In this document: one piece after another, positions 30,553 to 40,345 of the stretch | Layout: the number at the start of each line of letters is the position of its first letter | How positions within the stretch are numbered: the stretch's first letter is position 1 | DNA from: Candidatus Stramentimicrobium fermentans | GTDB taxonomy: Bacteria > Atribacterota > Phoenicimicrobiia > Phoenicimicrobiales > Stramentimicrobiaceae | Length of the DNA: 64,000 nucleotides | Direction of reading: 5' to 3' | Assembly: GCA_012520575.1 (NCBI GenBank) | Contig: JAAYOB010000005.1 | Coordinates: forward strand, 10,171-74,170 | Notes under the pieces: generated by a model | The model's database searches: none | Told to the model about the DNA's origin: nothing | The model's input: only the letters and a program-made list of their open reading frames with translations | Program-made: the position numbers and the translations under genes

Positions 30553-32547
30553 ATGGAAAAACAAAATGATACACCTGAAGAAAGAACAGAAAATCAAAGT
30601 CCGGAGCAAATGGATACAATGCTCAATGATTCATTGAAGGACTTTAAGCAGATCAGGAGCGGGGAAGTTGTACGAGGCAGGATTATTAAAGTTGAGGAAG
30701 ATGGATACCATATTGACATCAACTATAAGATGGAAGGTTTTCTCCCCACTGAGGAAGATTCTTTGCTGGGAAAGAGCCAGCATAGAGTACACCACACTCT
30801 GGAAATAGATGATGAAATTGAGGTCTATATTGTTCGTGTTGATGAAAAAAATGGACAGATTCATCTATCCCGGGAGAGAGCCCGTTATATAACCTTATGG
30901 GACCGGCTGTTTAATGCCTTCAAGAACAAGAAATCAATAGAAGGTGAAGTTATTGAAAAAAATTCCAATGGACTGATGGTAGATATAGGGGTTAAAGCTT
31001 TTGTGCCCTTGTCCCAGGTAGAGCAGAGATTTATTACCGAACAAGACCTGGAGAAATACGTAGGTAAAAAATTATCTTTCCTTATTCTAAAACTGGATAA
31101 AGCAAAAAATAATGTTGTATTATCGCACTGCGAAGCTTTGGAAAAAGAGAGAGAATCCATGAGACAGAAAACTTTAGCCAATCTGAAAGTAGGGCAAATC
31201 TCAGATGGCAAAGTGGTTAATATTACCGATTTCGGTGCTTTTGTAGATATCGGGGGTATTGAAGGGTTGCTGCATCTTTCTGAAATTACCTGGAAGGAAA
31301 TTAGAAATCCTCTGAGTCTGATCCAGAAAGGTGATGAAGTTAAGGTAAAGGTTATAGATTTTAATAAAGAACAGAAAAGGATATCTCTCAGCATAAAACA
31401 ATTAAATCCCAATCCCTGGGATGAAGTGGAAAAAAGATATAGTGTCGGCGATGAAGTTGAGGGAAAGGTCATTAGTATTAAGGATTTTGGTGCTTTTATT
31501 GAATTAGAAGAGGGATTGAATGGTTTATTGCATATTTCCGATATGTCCTGGGCTTATACCAGGACACCTCAGGAAGTCTTAGCAGAAAATGAAACAGTAA
31601 AAGTCAGAGTACTCGATATCAATAAAGAAGAAAGAAAGATGTCGCTCGGCTTAAAACAGCTCATGGCAGACCCCTGGACCAATATTGAAGAAAAATATGC
31701 CCTGGGTAATACAGTAGAGGGAAAAATAACCCAGGTGACCTCCTATGGGGCAAATGTAGAATTAGAACCGGGTGTGTCCGGCATTATTCATCTATCTGAA
31801 ATCGATTGGAAATACATTGAAAGGCCATCCTCCATCCTAAAAAAATATGCAGTTCTGCCCTTAAAAGTAATTAAAATTGACGAAAAAGACCGTTTATTAT
31901 TTTTAAGCAGAAAGCAGGCATTGCCCAATCCCTGGATTGATATTGAACAAAAATATAAGATTAACGATACGGTCAAGGCAGTGGTGCAGAGATTGAAAAA
32001 TTTTGGTGTTTTCGTTTCCCTCGATGAAAAAATCGAAGGGTTTATACCATTTTCCGAAATCACCTGGGAAGACATTAAACACCCCAATCAAGTACTTAAA
32101 AAAGGTGACGAGTTGGAACTGAAAATAATTGAAATAGATCCGGGGAAGTTCCAGATAACCTTAAGCCGTAAACAACTTTTGCCTAATCCCTGGACTGAGA
32201 TAAAAAAGAAATATGGAACAGGAACTATTGTAGAAGGAAAAGTGGTTAATATTACCGATTTCGGTGTCTTTGTAAACCTGGAAAAAAATATTGACGGTCT
32301 GGTTCCTCTCTCTGAAATATCTCCTAAAAGAATTGAAGATGTTAATAGCGTACTTGCAATTGGCGATACAGTCCAAGCTCTGGTAACCAGAATTGATGAT
32401 AGGCGAAAGAAGATCAGTCTTAGTATCAGAAGAGCAGAAAGAGAAGCGCAGAAGAGACTGGTCAAAGATTTTAATAAACAAGAGGGCAATGAAAAAATTT
32501 TACTCAAAGATGTCTTTGGGGATATTTTAAATTTTAAAGAGAAATAA
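30553..32547 (+). CDS. rpsA: 30S ribosomal protein S1 with seven S1 (OB) repeats
   Basis: Seven consecutive ~85-aa units, each with a G-x-V-x-G-x-V...FG-x-FV...G-h-h-H-x-S-E pattern. 664 aa. Confidence 0.9.
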   Translation: MEKQNDTPEERTENQSPEQMDTMLNDSLKDFKQIRSGEVVRGRIIKVEEDGYHIDINYKMEGFLPTEEDSLLGKSQHRVHHTLEIDDEIEVYIVRVDEKNGQIHLSRERARYITLWDRLFNAFKNKKSIEGEVIEKNSNGLMVDIGVKAFVPLSQVEQRFITEQDLEKYVGKKLSFLILKLDKAKNNVVLSHCEALEKERESMRQKTLANLKVGQISDGKVVNITDFGAFVDIGGIEGLLHLSEITWKEIRNPLSLIQKGDEVKVKVIDFNKEQKRISLSIKQLNPNPWDEVEKRYSVGDEVEGKVISIKDFGAFIELEEGLNGLLHISDMSWAYTRTPQEVLAENETVKVRVLDINKEERKMSLGLKQLMADPWTNIEEKYALGNTVEGKITQVTSYGANVELEPGVSGIIHLSEIDWKYIERPSSILKKYAVLPLKVIKIDEKDRLLFLSRKQALPNPWIDIEQKYKINDTVKAVVQRLKNFGVFVSLDEKIEGFIPFSEITWEDIKHPNQVLKKGDELELKIIEIDPGKFQITLSRKQLLPNPWTEIKKKYGTGTIVEGKVVNITDFGVFVNLEKNIDGLVPLSEISPKRIEDVNSVLAIGDTVQALVTRIDDRRKKISLSIRRAEREAQKRLVKDFNKQEGNEKILLKDVFGDILNFKEK

Positions 32548-32562
32548 TCAGAGGTATTAGTA

Positions 32563-34284
32563 TTGGAAATAGATAAAAAAAATAATATCTATTTTGCAAA
32601 TTTAAGATTGGGTGAAATCCTTATCAATGAGGGTGCTATAAGCTCAGAGCAGCTAAAAAAAGCGCTGGAAGTTCAAAAAATCGATAGAAAAAAGAAGGTA
32701 GGAGAAATACTGCTCGAGCAGGGAGTAATTACTCAAAGGCAGCTCAATAATGCTTTGCAATATGTCTATGGGACCGAATATATTGAACTGAAGGATGCGA
32801 TCATAGACCCGGAAATAGTTACTCTTATTCCCAAGAATATCGCCCTTCGATACAAAGTGGTGCCTCTCAATAAAGAAGACAGCACTTTAACCATTGCCAT
32901 GGCTAATCCGTTGGATGTAAACGCTATTGATTATATCAGAGGATATACCCGCCTGGAAGTTAACCCCAAATTCGCAAGCGAAAATGAAATTATTAATGCC
33001 CTGAGTCATTATCACGATGCAGGAGAACAGTTTGATGACCTTTTAGAAAAGGTTGATATAGCTACTATAAGTGATGTAAATGACGAAGTAAACCTTTCTG
33101 CTTTAGAGGCTATCAGCCAGGAAGCCCCTATTATTCAATTAGTGAATATGATAATTGTAGATGCTATTAAAGAAAGGGCTAGCGATATCCATTTAGAACC
33201 CAATCAGAGAGGTTTGTTAGTTCGTTATCGTATTGATGGCATATTACACGATATTCGTATGTTGCCTGTTAGAGTTCGGCCGGCGGTAATTTCTCGAATT
33301 AAAATATTATCTTATATGGACATAGCGGAAAGGCGTTTACCCCAGGATGGCCGCTTTCAGCTCCGTTTTGGAGCCCGTGAGGTCGATTTGAGGGTATCCT
33401 CAATCCCTACCGTTTTTGATGAAAAAATTGTAATTAGAATTTTAGATAAGAGTCAGGGAGTAATTTCTCTGAAAAGTATCGGTTTTACCGATACCCAATT
33501 GAATGAATTCCGCCGGATGATAAGTAGGCCGCATGGTATTATTCTTATTACCGGACCAACCGGTAGCGGTAAGAGCACCACCCTTTATGCCGGTTTAAAT
33601 GAAGTTGACTCTACCAGCAAGAATGTAATTACGGTTGAAGACCCGGTAGAATACAAATTAGACCGGATAAACCAGATAAATGTCAGACCAAAAATAAACC
33701 TTACTTTTGCTAATGCGCTCCGCTCTATTTTACGTCAGGACCCCGATATTATTATGATTGGTGAAATGAGGGACTCCGAAACTGCCCATATTGCTGTGCA
33801 ATCTGCCCTGACCGGGCATCTTGTCTTTAGTACACTGCATACCAATGATGCGGTTGGCTCTTTAACCCGTATGATTGATATGGGAGTAGAGCCCTTTTTG
33901 ATTGCCTCCTCTATAATTGGAGTTATGGCGCAAAGATTAGTTCGAAAAATATGTGAACACTGTAAAGAAGAATATACACCGGATGAAAATATTTTTGATG
34001 ATCTCCGGCTTAATTTTGAGTTGCCTGATAAAAAAAGCATCAAGCTTTATCGGGGTAGGGGCTGCAGCCACTGCAAAAATACCGGCTACTATGGCCGGAC
34101 ATCTATTTTTGAGATGATACCTATAAATGATGAGATTCGCTCTCTCATTTTGAAAAAAACTTCCAGCAATGAGATAAAAGAAGTTGCTATCCGTTATGGC
34201 ATGAAGACACTTTTGGATAGCGGAATAGCTAAAGCCCTGGCTGGAATTACCTCTATTGACGAAGTATTCCGAGTAGCTGTATAA
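32563..34284 (+). CDS. pilB: GspE/PilB-family assembly ATPase with intact MshEN-type N-terminal domain
   Basis: N-terminal RLGEILINEGAISSEQLKKALEVQ + KVGEILLEQGVITQRQLNNAL, Walker A GPTGSGKST, MIGEMRD, TLHTND, tetracysteine CEHC...CSHC. TTG start 15 nt after rpsA. Confidence 0.85.
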   Translation: MEIDKKNNIYFANLRLGEILINEGAISSEQLKKALEVQKIDRKKKVGEILLEQGVITQRQLNNALQYVYGTEYIELKDAIIDPEIVTLIPKNIALRYKVVPLNKEDSTLTIAMANPLDVNAIDYIRGYTRLEVNPKFASENEIINALSHYHDAGEQFDDLLEKVDIATISDVNDEVNLSALEAISQEAPIIQLVNMIIVDAIKERASDIHLEPNQRGLLVRYRIDGILHDIRMLPVRVRPAVISRIKILSYMDIAERRLPQDGRFQLRFGAREVDLRVSSIPTVFDEKIVIRILDKSQGVISLKSIGFTDTQLNEFRRMISRPHGIILITGPTGSGKSTTLYAGLNEVDSTSKNVITVEDPVEYKLDRINQINVRPKINLTFANALRSILRQDPDIIMIGEMRDSETAHIAVQSALTGHLVFSTLHTNDAVGSLTRMIDMGVEPFLIASSIIGVMAQRLVRKICEHCKEEYTPDENIFDDLRLNFELPDKKSIKLYRGRGCSHCKNTGYYGRTSIFEMIPINDEIRSLILKKTSSNEIKEVAIRYGMKTLLDSGIAKALAGITSIDEVFRVAV

Positions 34285-34416
34285 TACTCAGCATAGCTAT
34301 ATAATCATTTTGTAAATATAATTTTTTCTAGTCTATTTATATACACCAACTATATGTTAATTAATTTCAAATCTACTCGATAGTTTGGTTATTTTTTTAT
34401 AGAAAAGGAATTCAAC

Positions 34417-37068
34417 ATGGAAAAAATGACCGGTCAGCAAATAAGAACTGCTTTTTTACAATTTTTCCAGTCTAAAGGCCATAAGATTACGCCCAGCGCC
34501 TCCCTCATACCGGATGACCCTACCATATTATTGACTATTGCCGGTATGGTCCCTTTTAAACCAATTTTTTTGGGACAGGTTAAATCTGCACTAAAAAGAG
34601 CAACAACTTCGCAAAAATGCTTGAGAACTAATGACATTGAAAATGTAGGGAAGACCGCCCGCCACCATACTTTCTTTGAAATGCTGGGTAATTTTTCTTT
34701 TGGAGACTATTTTAAAAAAGAAGCTATATTGTGGGGATGGGAATTTTTTACCGAAGTGATAGATTTGCCTCAGGATAAACTCTATGTTTCCGTCTATAAA
34801 GATGATGATGAGGCTTTTAACTTGTGGCATACTATGGTGGGATTACCGGAAGAACGTATCGTAAGATTAGGAGAAGAAGATAACTTTTGGAAAGTTGGCC
34901 CCGAAGGCCCCTGTGGTCCCTGTTCTGAAATTTATATCGATTTAGGTCCAGAAAAAGCCTCGCCTCACAGAGGAGGGGTAGGCGTTGATGATCGATATTT
35001 AGAGCTGTGGAATCTGGTCTTTATGCAATATAATCGCAATAAAGATGGTTCTCTTACGCCGTTACCTTCTCAGAATATTGATACCGGACTGGGGTTAGAA
35101 AGAATGGCTTCGGTTCTGCAAAACGCATCTTCCGATTTTGAAACAGACCTGTTTCTCCCCATTATAGACTATACCGGTCAAAAAGCCGGAGTTCTTTATG
35201 GTAAAAATCAAAAAACTGATGTTGCCTTAAAGATAATTTCAGACCACATCCGCGCCATAGTCTTTCTGATTTCAGATGGCGTTATGCCCTCCAATGAAGG
35301 CAGAGGGTATGTCTTAAGAATGTTATTGAGAAGGGCTTACCGTTTCGGCAAGCTGCTTAATTTTAATGAGCCTTTTCTCTACGATATTGCCCCACAGGTT
35401 ATTCAAATTATGCAAACTTCCTACCCGGAATTAAAGGAAAGAGAGAGTGTTATATGTGAACTTATCCTGACGGAGGAAAACCGTTTTCAGGCGACACTCC
35501 AATTGGGTCTTCACATGCTGGAAGAATACATAAGGAAGCTGAGAAGAGGCAATCAGCAGGTTCTTAGCGGCAAAGATGCCTTCACTCTCTATGACACCTA
35601 TGGCTTTCCTCTGGAGATTACCAGAGATATATTGTCTGAATCGGGATTGTCTGTAGATGAGCAGGATTATGAAAAATATATGTCAGAACAAAAAGAACGC
35701 TCCCGTCAATCCCGGGGACAGGACCGGAATAGTGATAAAGTAAAAGAGAAACAAGAACAAATCTATCAAGAAATTCAATCTATTAGCGGAGATACCGAAT
35801 TTTGCGGCTATACCCGGATTGCAGCCAGTACCAGAATAATCGCTATTATCAAGAACTCTAAGCAGATTGAACAGCTTAATGCCAATGAAGATGCTCTAAT
35901 AATACTGGAAGAGACTCCCTTTTATGCTGAAAAAGGCGGTCAAAAAGGAGATACCGGTACTATAACGGATACCGATAAATCCGATTCTCTGGCCCGTATA
36001 TATGATACCCGGATGCCTTTAGAAGGCCTGATAGTCCACCATGCCAGGGTAGAGAAGGGTACTTTTACTAAAAATCAAATAGTCAAAGCAGAGATAGATA
36101 ATGAGGAGAGGACTGCTATCGCTGCTAACCACACTGCAACCCATCTTTTACACTATGCGCTGCGCGAAGTGTTAGGCAATCATGTTACCCAGGCCGGCTC
36201 CTCGGTGACCTCTGAGCGCCTAAGGTTTGACTATACGCATTATAGTCAGTTACAGAAAGAAGAGTTGGCTCAGATTGAAAGAATTGTGAATCAAAAAATT
36301 CGAGAAAACCATCGGGTGACCTCAGAAATTATTGGCTTTCAGACTGCCAGAGAAAAGGGTGCCCTTGCCTTTTTTAACGAAAAATATGGAGAGCAAGTGC
36401 GTATGATTGATATTGGCGGTTTCAGTAAGGAGCTCTGCGGCGGTACTCACCTGGAGCAGACTTTTAAAATCGGCATTTTTAAAATTGTTTTAGAACAGGG
36501 CATTGGCAGCGGTTTAAGGCGGATTGAAGCGGTTACCGGAGAAAAAGCCTGGGACTATATTAAAAAAGAAGAAAGTATTTTGGAAGAATTACAAAAATCT
36601 TTAGATGTCACTATTAATAAATTGCCTCAAAAGGTAGAACAATTACTGTTAGAAAGAGAGTCCCTTGTCCGCAGCTATCGTCTCCTCCGGAAAAATACAC
36701 TCCCTTACCGCTTGGAGAGCATTATTAATTCTAAAAAAATAATAAAAGAAATTTCCCTTGTCTCGGCAATCCTCGATATCGATGATAAATCGGAGTTGAG
36801 AACAGCCGGGGACTTGCTCAAAGAAAAGATAAAATCAGGAATTATTATTCTGGGAGCAACATTAAAAGAAGACAAGATTATTTTAATAGTTATGTTGACC
36901 GATGACTTAATCCATAAGGGATATGATGCCGGAAAGATTATTGCTCCACTGGCTCAGGCCCTCCGGGGGAAAGGCGGAGGCAAACGTCATTATGCTCAGG
37001 CCGGCGGAACAGGCCATTCCAAATTACGTGATTTGTTTCAAAATATCGAACAATATATACAGATTTGA
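34417..37068 (+). CDS. alaS: Alanine--tRNA ligase
   Basis: 883 aa. FFEMLGNFSFGDYFK, editing domain HTATHLL...CGGTH, C-terminal DHHA1-like region. Confidence 0.95.
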   Translation: MEKMTGQQIRTAFLQFFQSKGHKITPSASLIPDDPTILLTIAGMVPFKPIFLGQVKSALKRATTSQKCLRTNDIENVGKTARHHTFFEMLGNFSFGDYFKKEAILWGWEFFTEVIDLPQDKLYVSVYKDDDEAFNLWHTMVGLPEERIVRLGEEDNFWKVGPEGPCGPCSEIYIDLGPEKASPHRGGVGVDDRYLELWNLVFMQYNRNKDGSLTPLPSQNIDTGLGLERMASVLQNASSDFETDLFLPIIDYTGQKAGVLYGKNQKTDVALKIISDHIRAIVFLISDGVMPSNEGRGYVLRMLLRRAYRFGKLLNFNEPFLYDIAPQVIQIMQTSYPELKERESVICELILTEENRFQATLQLGLHMLEEYIRKLRRGNQQVLSGKDAFTLYDTYGFPLEITRDILSESGLSVDEQDYEKYMSEQKERSRQSRGQDRNSDKVKEKQEQIYQEIQSISGDTEFCGYTRIAASTRIIAIIKNSKQIEQLNANEDALIILEETPFYAEKGGQKGDTGTITDTDKSDSLARIYDTRMPLEGLIVHHARVEKGTFTKNQIVKAEIDNEERTAIAANHTATHLLHYALREVLGNHVTQAGSSVTSERLRFDYTHYSQLQKEELAQIERIVNQKIRENHRVTSEIIGFQTAREKGALAFFNEKYGEQVRMIDIGGFSKELCGGTHLEQTFKIGIFKIVLEQGIGSGLRRIEAVTGEKAWDYIKKEESILEELQKSLDVTINKLPQKVEQLLLERESLVRSYRLLRKNTLPYRLESIINSKKIIKEISLVSAILDIDDKSELRTAGDLLKEKIKSGIIILGATLKEDKIILIVMLTDDLIHKGYDAGKIIAPLAQALRGKGGGKRHYAQAGGTGHSKLRDLFQNIEQYIQI

Positions 37069-37243
37069 GAGCTGTTTACTTCTTTCTTTGCTCTCTATTC
37101 TTAGCCGCACCTATCTCATAATAAATATATACATGTCAGATTTATGCATGGAAAGCTTTTTAAATTTCATTTTCACTGTACAATAAGAAATTAATTAAAT
37201 ATATTTTTAGGAATGACCCAACCAAAAGATAAGGAGACGGTAA

Positions 37244-37657
37244 TTGAGAATATTAGGGATTGACTTAGGTGAAAAGAGAATCGGTTTAGCTGTCAGTGAT
37301 GCCTTGGGAATCACTGCCCAGGGGCTGGAAACCATTCAGTTGAAAGGAGAATATGAAGTTTGCCCTAAAATTATGAAGGTGATTGAAGAGAAAAATATCG
37401 GGAAAATCGTTTTTGGCTTGCCAAGAAATATGAATGGGACCTTAGGGCCGCAAGCCCAAAAGGTACAAAAAATTGCTGAAAAAATTAAAGAATTAAGCAA
37501 TTTGCCAATAGATTTTGAAGATGAAAGATTGAGCACCATGAGTGCCGAAAAAGTATTGCTGGAGGCGGATACCAGCAGGGCTAAGCGGAAAAAGGCAATC
37601 GACCGCCTATCCGCAGTCATTATACTGCAGTCCTATCTGGACCGACAGCCAAGATAA
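37244..37657 (+). CDS. ruvX: Holliday junction resolvase-like nuclease RuvX/YqgF
   Basis: ILGIDLGEKRIGLAVSD N-terminus, DERLST block. alaS-ruvX-mltG synteny. Confidence 0.9.
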   Translation: MRILGIDLGEKRIGLAVSDALGITAQGLETIQLKGEYEVCPKIMKVIEEKNIGKIVFGLPRNMNGTLGPQAQKVQKIAEKIKELSNLPIDFEDERLSTMSAEKVLLEADTSRAKRKKAIDRLSAVIILQSYLDRQPR

Positions 37658-37666
37658 GGTATAAAA

Positions 37667-38635
37667 ATGAAAAAAATCCCCAATATTTTTCTTAGTTTAT
37701 TATTTTTTCTGCCTTCTGTCATTCTTCTGTTTTTAATTTACGCTGCCTCCTGGTTTTATGCACCGCAAACCATGGGCCAATCCGTAGAGAAAGTGCTCGA
37801 AATACCTTATGGTTATAATAGTGTTCAAATAAGGCAATTATTAGAAGAAGAGGGCATTATAAGACCCTATAGCCATCTTTTTCAACATACCACCAAACTG
37901 ATGAAAGTTGATGGAAAGCTGCAGACAGGGGAATACCGTTTCTCTTCTTCTCAGAGTATTTCTCAGATTATTGACCAGTTAGTGAAAGGGAAAACAATAC
38001 GTTATAGCATTACCGTTCCCGAAGGATTTCAAACAAAACAGATTGCCCGACTGCTGGCAGATAAGAATATCGCAGACCATGATGAATTCCTTGAGCTGGC
38101 CAAAAGAGAAGAGCAATTCCGGGAAGGGTATCTATTTCCTGATACCTATGAGTTCCCAAAAAATTTCGGAGCAGAAAATGTTCTTAAATTAATGCATAAA
38201 AATTTCGAGGATACAGTCTATCAACATGTTGACCCAAAACAGGAATTTCCTGCGGGTTTGAACTTTGAGCAGATAATTATTTTAGCTTCCATTATCGAAA
38301 AAGAAGCCCAAGGAGCAGAAGATAAGTTTAAAATCGCTTCAGTTTTTTATAATAGGCTAAAAGTCGGTATGCCCCTGCAATCTTGCGCTACTATTCAATA
38401 TTTACTGGGGCAACCACAGGAAAAATTGACTCAACAGGATTTAGACACTGATTCTCCTTACAATACCTACCTGCATTCCGGATTACCGCCGGGACCAATC
38501 TGTAATCCCGGATTAGATTCAATTTTGGCGGCCGTCCTGCCGGCACAGGAAGAATATTTTTACTTTGTTCTGGGCAAAGAGGGGAAGCATATCTTTTCTA
38601 AAACCTATCAGGAGCATCTCCATAACAAACCATAG
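37667..38635 (+). CDS. mltG: Endolytic murein transglycosylase MltG (YceG family)
   Basis: N-terminal TM, EGYLFPDTYEF, ASIIEKEA, YNTYLHSGLPPGPICNPG blocks. Confidence 0.9.
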   Translation: MKKIPNIFLSLLFFLPSVILLFLIYAASWFYAPQTMGQSVEKVLEIPYGYNSVQIRQLLEEEGIIRPYSHLFQHTTKLMKVDGKLQTGEYRFSSSQSISQIIDQLVKGKTIRYSITVPEGFQTKQIARLLADKNIADHDEFLELAKREEQFREGYLFPDTYEFPKNFGAENVLKLMHKNFEDTVYQHVDPKQEFPAGLNFEQIIILASIIEKEAQGAEDKFKIASVFYNRLKVGMPLQSCATIQYLLGQPQEKLTQQDLDTDSPYNTYLHSGLPPGPICNPGLDSILAAVLPAQEEYFYFVLGKEGKHIFSKTYQEHLHNKP

Positions 38636-38668
38636 ACATGGATAATAGTTTTGAAAATATAAACAAAA

Positions 38669-38797
38669 CTCTCTTTCTCCGGTCATTACCGACACTGTAC
38701 CGGCAATGTGTGGTAATCTCATATTCTGTTGCTGCAATAATTTAGTCTGAAGGCGACAACCGATAAATTGTAAATCGCTTTAACCGATAAACGATAA
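38669..38797 (+). repeat. Intergenic repeat family, copy 2 (mltG-udk spacer)
   Basis: CTCTCTTTCTCCGGTCATT, hairpin ATTACCGACAC/GTGTGGTAAT, CTCATATTCTGTTGCTGC, TTTAGTCTGAAGG, GACAACCGATAA...TAACCGATAAAC are collinear with copy 1. Confidence 0.7.
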
Positions 38798-38867
38798 TTT
38801 CTTTATCTCTTCTCACATCATATTTATGCTATACTACTGGTATTGATAAAAAATTCAGGAGTACAAA

Positions 38868-39494
38868 ATGCGCCCACTCATTATAGGCATTGCCGGCGGC
38901 TCCGGCAGCGGAAAGACTACCGTTGCGGAAAATATCTGTCAGGGCATTATAGAAGGTAAAAAAGCCTTGATTATTGCTCAGGATTCTTACTACAAAGACC
39001 TCTCCCATCTTTCCTTTGCAGAACGAAAAAAAATCAATTTTGACCATCCTTCTGCCTTTGATAACAAGCTATTGTTAGAACATTTAAACAAATTAAAAAA
39101 TTGCGAACCTATTTCCATGCCTGTCTACTCTTTTCTGCGACATACCCGCAAAAAATCCACTAAATATATTAAACCGGCAGAGGTTATAATCTTAGAGGGA
39201 ATCTTAATTTTAGAAGAAGAATCAATTCGCGAGCTGCTCGATATCAAGATTTATGTAGATACTGACTCAGATGAACGCTTTATCCGCAGATTAATTCGTG
39301 ATACCAGTGAAAGAGGCAGAAGTCTTTCATCGGTAGTAGAGCAATACCTTAGCCGTGTGAAACCCATGTTTTTGCAATTTGTGGAACCGTCAAAACGCTA
39401 TGCTGATATTATTATTCCCCAGGGTGGTTTAAATAAAGTGGCTATTGACATAGTTACCAGCAATATTAATGCCCAAATCGCTCAATTAACTTGA
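38868..39494 (+). CDS. udk: Uridine kinase
   Basis: P-loop IGIAGGSGSGKTT, NFDHPSAFD, DTDSDERFIRRLIRD blocks. Confidence 0.9.
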   Translation: MRPLIIGIAGGSGSGKTTVAENICQGIIEGKKALIIAQDSYYKDLSHLSFAERKKINFDHPSAFDNKLLLEHLNKLKNCEPISMPVYSFLRHTRKKSTKYIKPAEVIILEGILILEEESIRELLDIKIYVDTDSDERFIRRLIRDTSERGRSLSSVVEQYLSRVKPMFLQFVEPSKRYADIIIPQGGLNKVAIDIVTSNINAQIAQLT

Positions 39495-39510
39495 CAATTA
39501 AAAAAATTTA

Positions 39511-40089
39511 ATGCTACTCGAAGGAGTTTTAGTGTTAAAACCTTGCCGATTAAATCTTAATTTACTGTTGCCCGATGTCTATCTGGAGAATATCTGTTCC
39601 ATTGATATAGAAAAATTGAAAACGCGGAAGAATATTAAAGGAATTATTATAGATCTGGATAATACTTTGATTCCCTATGGGCAAAAAACCCTGGACGATA
39701 AGACTAAAGACTGGATTAAACAAGTCAAGCAATCCGGACTTAAAATACACATTGTTTCCAATTCTCACATCAGGAAAGTCTCAAATATCGGCAATTTGCT
39801 GGAAATTCCCTATTTTTATAATTGCTTCAAACCTTTCCAAAAATATATCTTGCTGGCTATGGAAGAAATGAATACCGGATATGAGGAAACAGCCATTATC
39901 GGCGACCAGATACTTACCGATGTGTTAGGAGGCAACTTTGCCCGGCTGTTAACCATTCTGGTTCACCCATTGAGTTCCACTGATTCCATATTCACAACTC
40001 TATTCAACAGAACTTTGGAACGGCTTATATTCTCATTCTGGTCAAAAAATGGTAAAATAGAACAGACTAAAGGTAAATGGCCTCAATGA
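39511..40089 (+). CDS. YqeG-family HAD-IIIA phosphatase
   Basis: IIIDLDNTL motif I, VSNS motif II, IGDQILTDVLGGN motif III/IV. Confidence 0.75.
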   Translation: MLLEGVLVLKPCRLNLNLLLPDVYLENICSIDIEKLKTRKNIKGIIIDLDNTLIPYGQKTLDDKTKDWIKQVKQSGLKIHIVSNSHIRKVSNIGNLLEIPYFYNCFKPFQKYILLAMEEMNTGYEETAIIGDQILTDVLGGNFARLLTILVHPLSSTDSIFTTLFNRTLERLIFSFWSKNGKIEQTKGKWPQ

Positions 40090-40345
40090 CGATAAGATAA
40101 CATAAAATTGTTTAAATTAGCTCTACCGATTAGAAAGAGAAAGATTATATAATATATTATGGAATGAATCGGATAAATGGAATTGGCACAATTTAAAATA
40201 CAAATTTGCCTAAATTAAAGTTTTATAAAGAAAATGTAGTATAATAAAGATATATCTCTTAAAATATCACTTGATTTAAACAACGTTAATATTTGAATCC
40301 TTCTTTATAGATTAAAAGAATCAGCTCTAAAAATGAGGATGCTAT

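Noticed and set aside
30885-32507. Long minus-strand ORFs (195 aa, 139 aa, 106 aa, 99 aa) inside rpsA
   Set aside because: They are antisense shadows of the repetitive, codon-biased S1 gene. They have no start context and low-complexity Ser/Leu/Ile-rich translations.
36923-37186. 87-aa + ORF overlapping the 3' end of alaS in another frame
   Set aside because: It overlaps a conserved alaS frame and continues into AT-rich spacer. No RBS.
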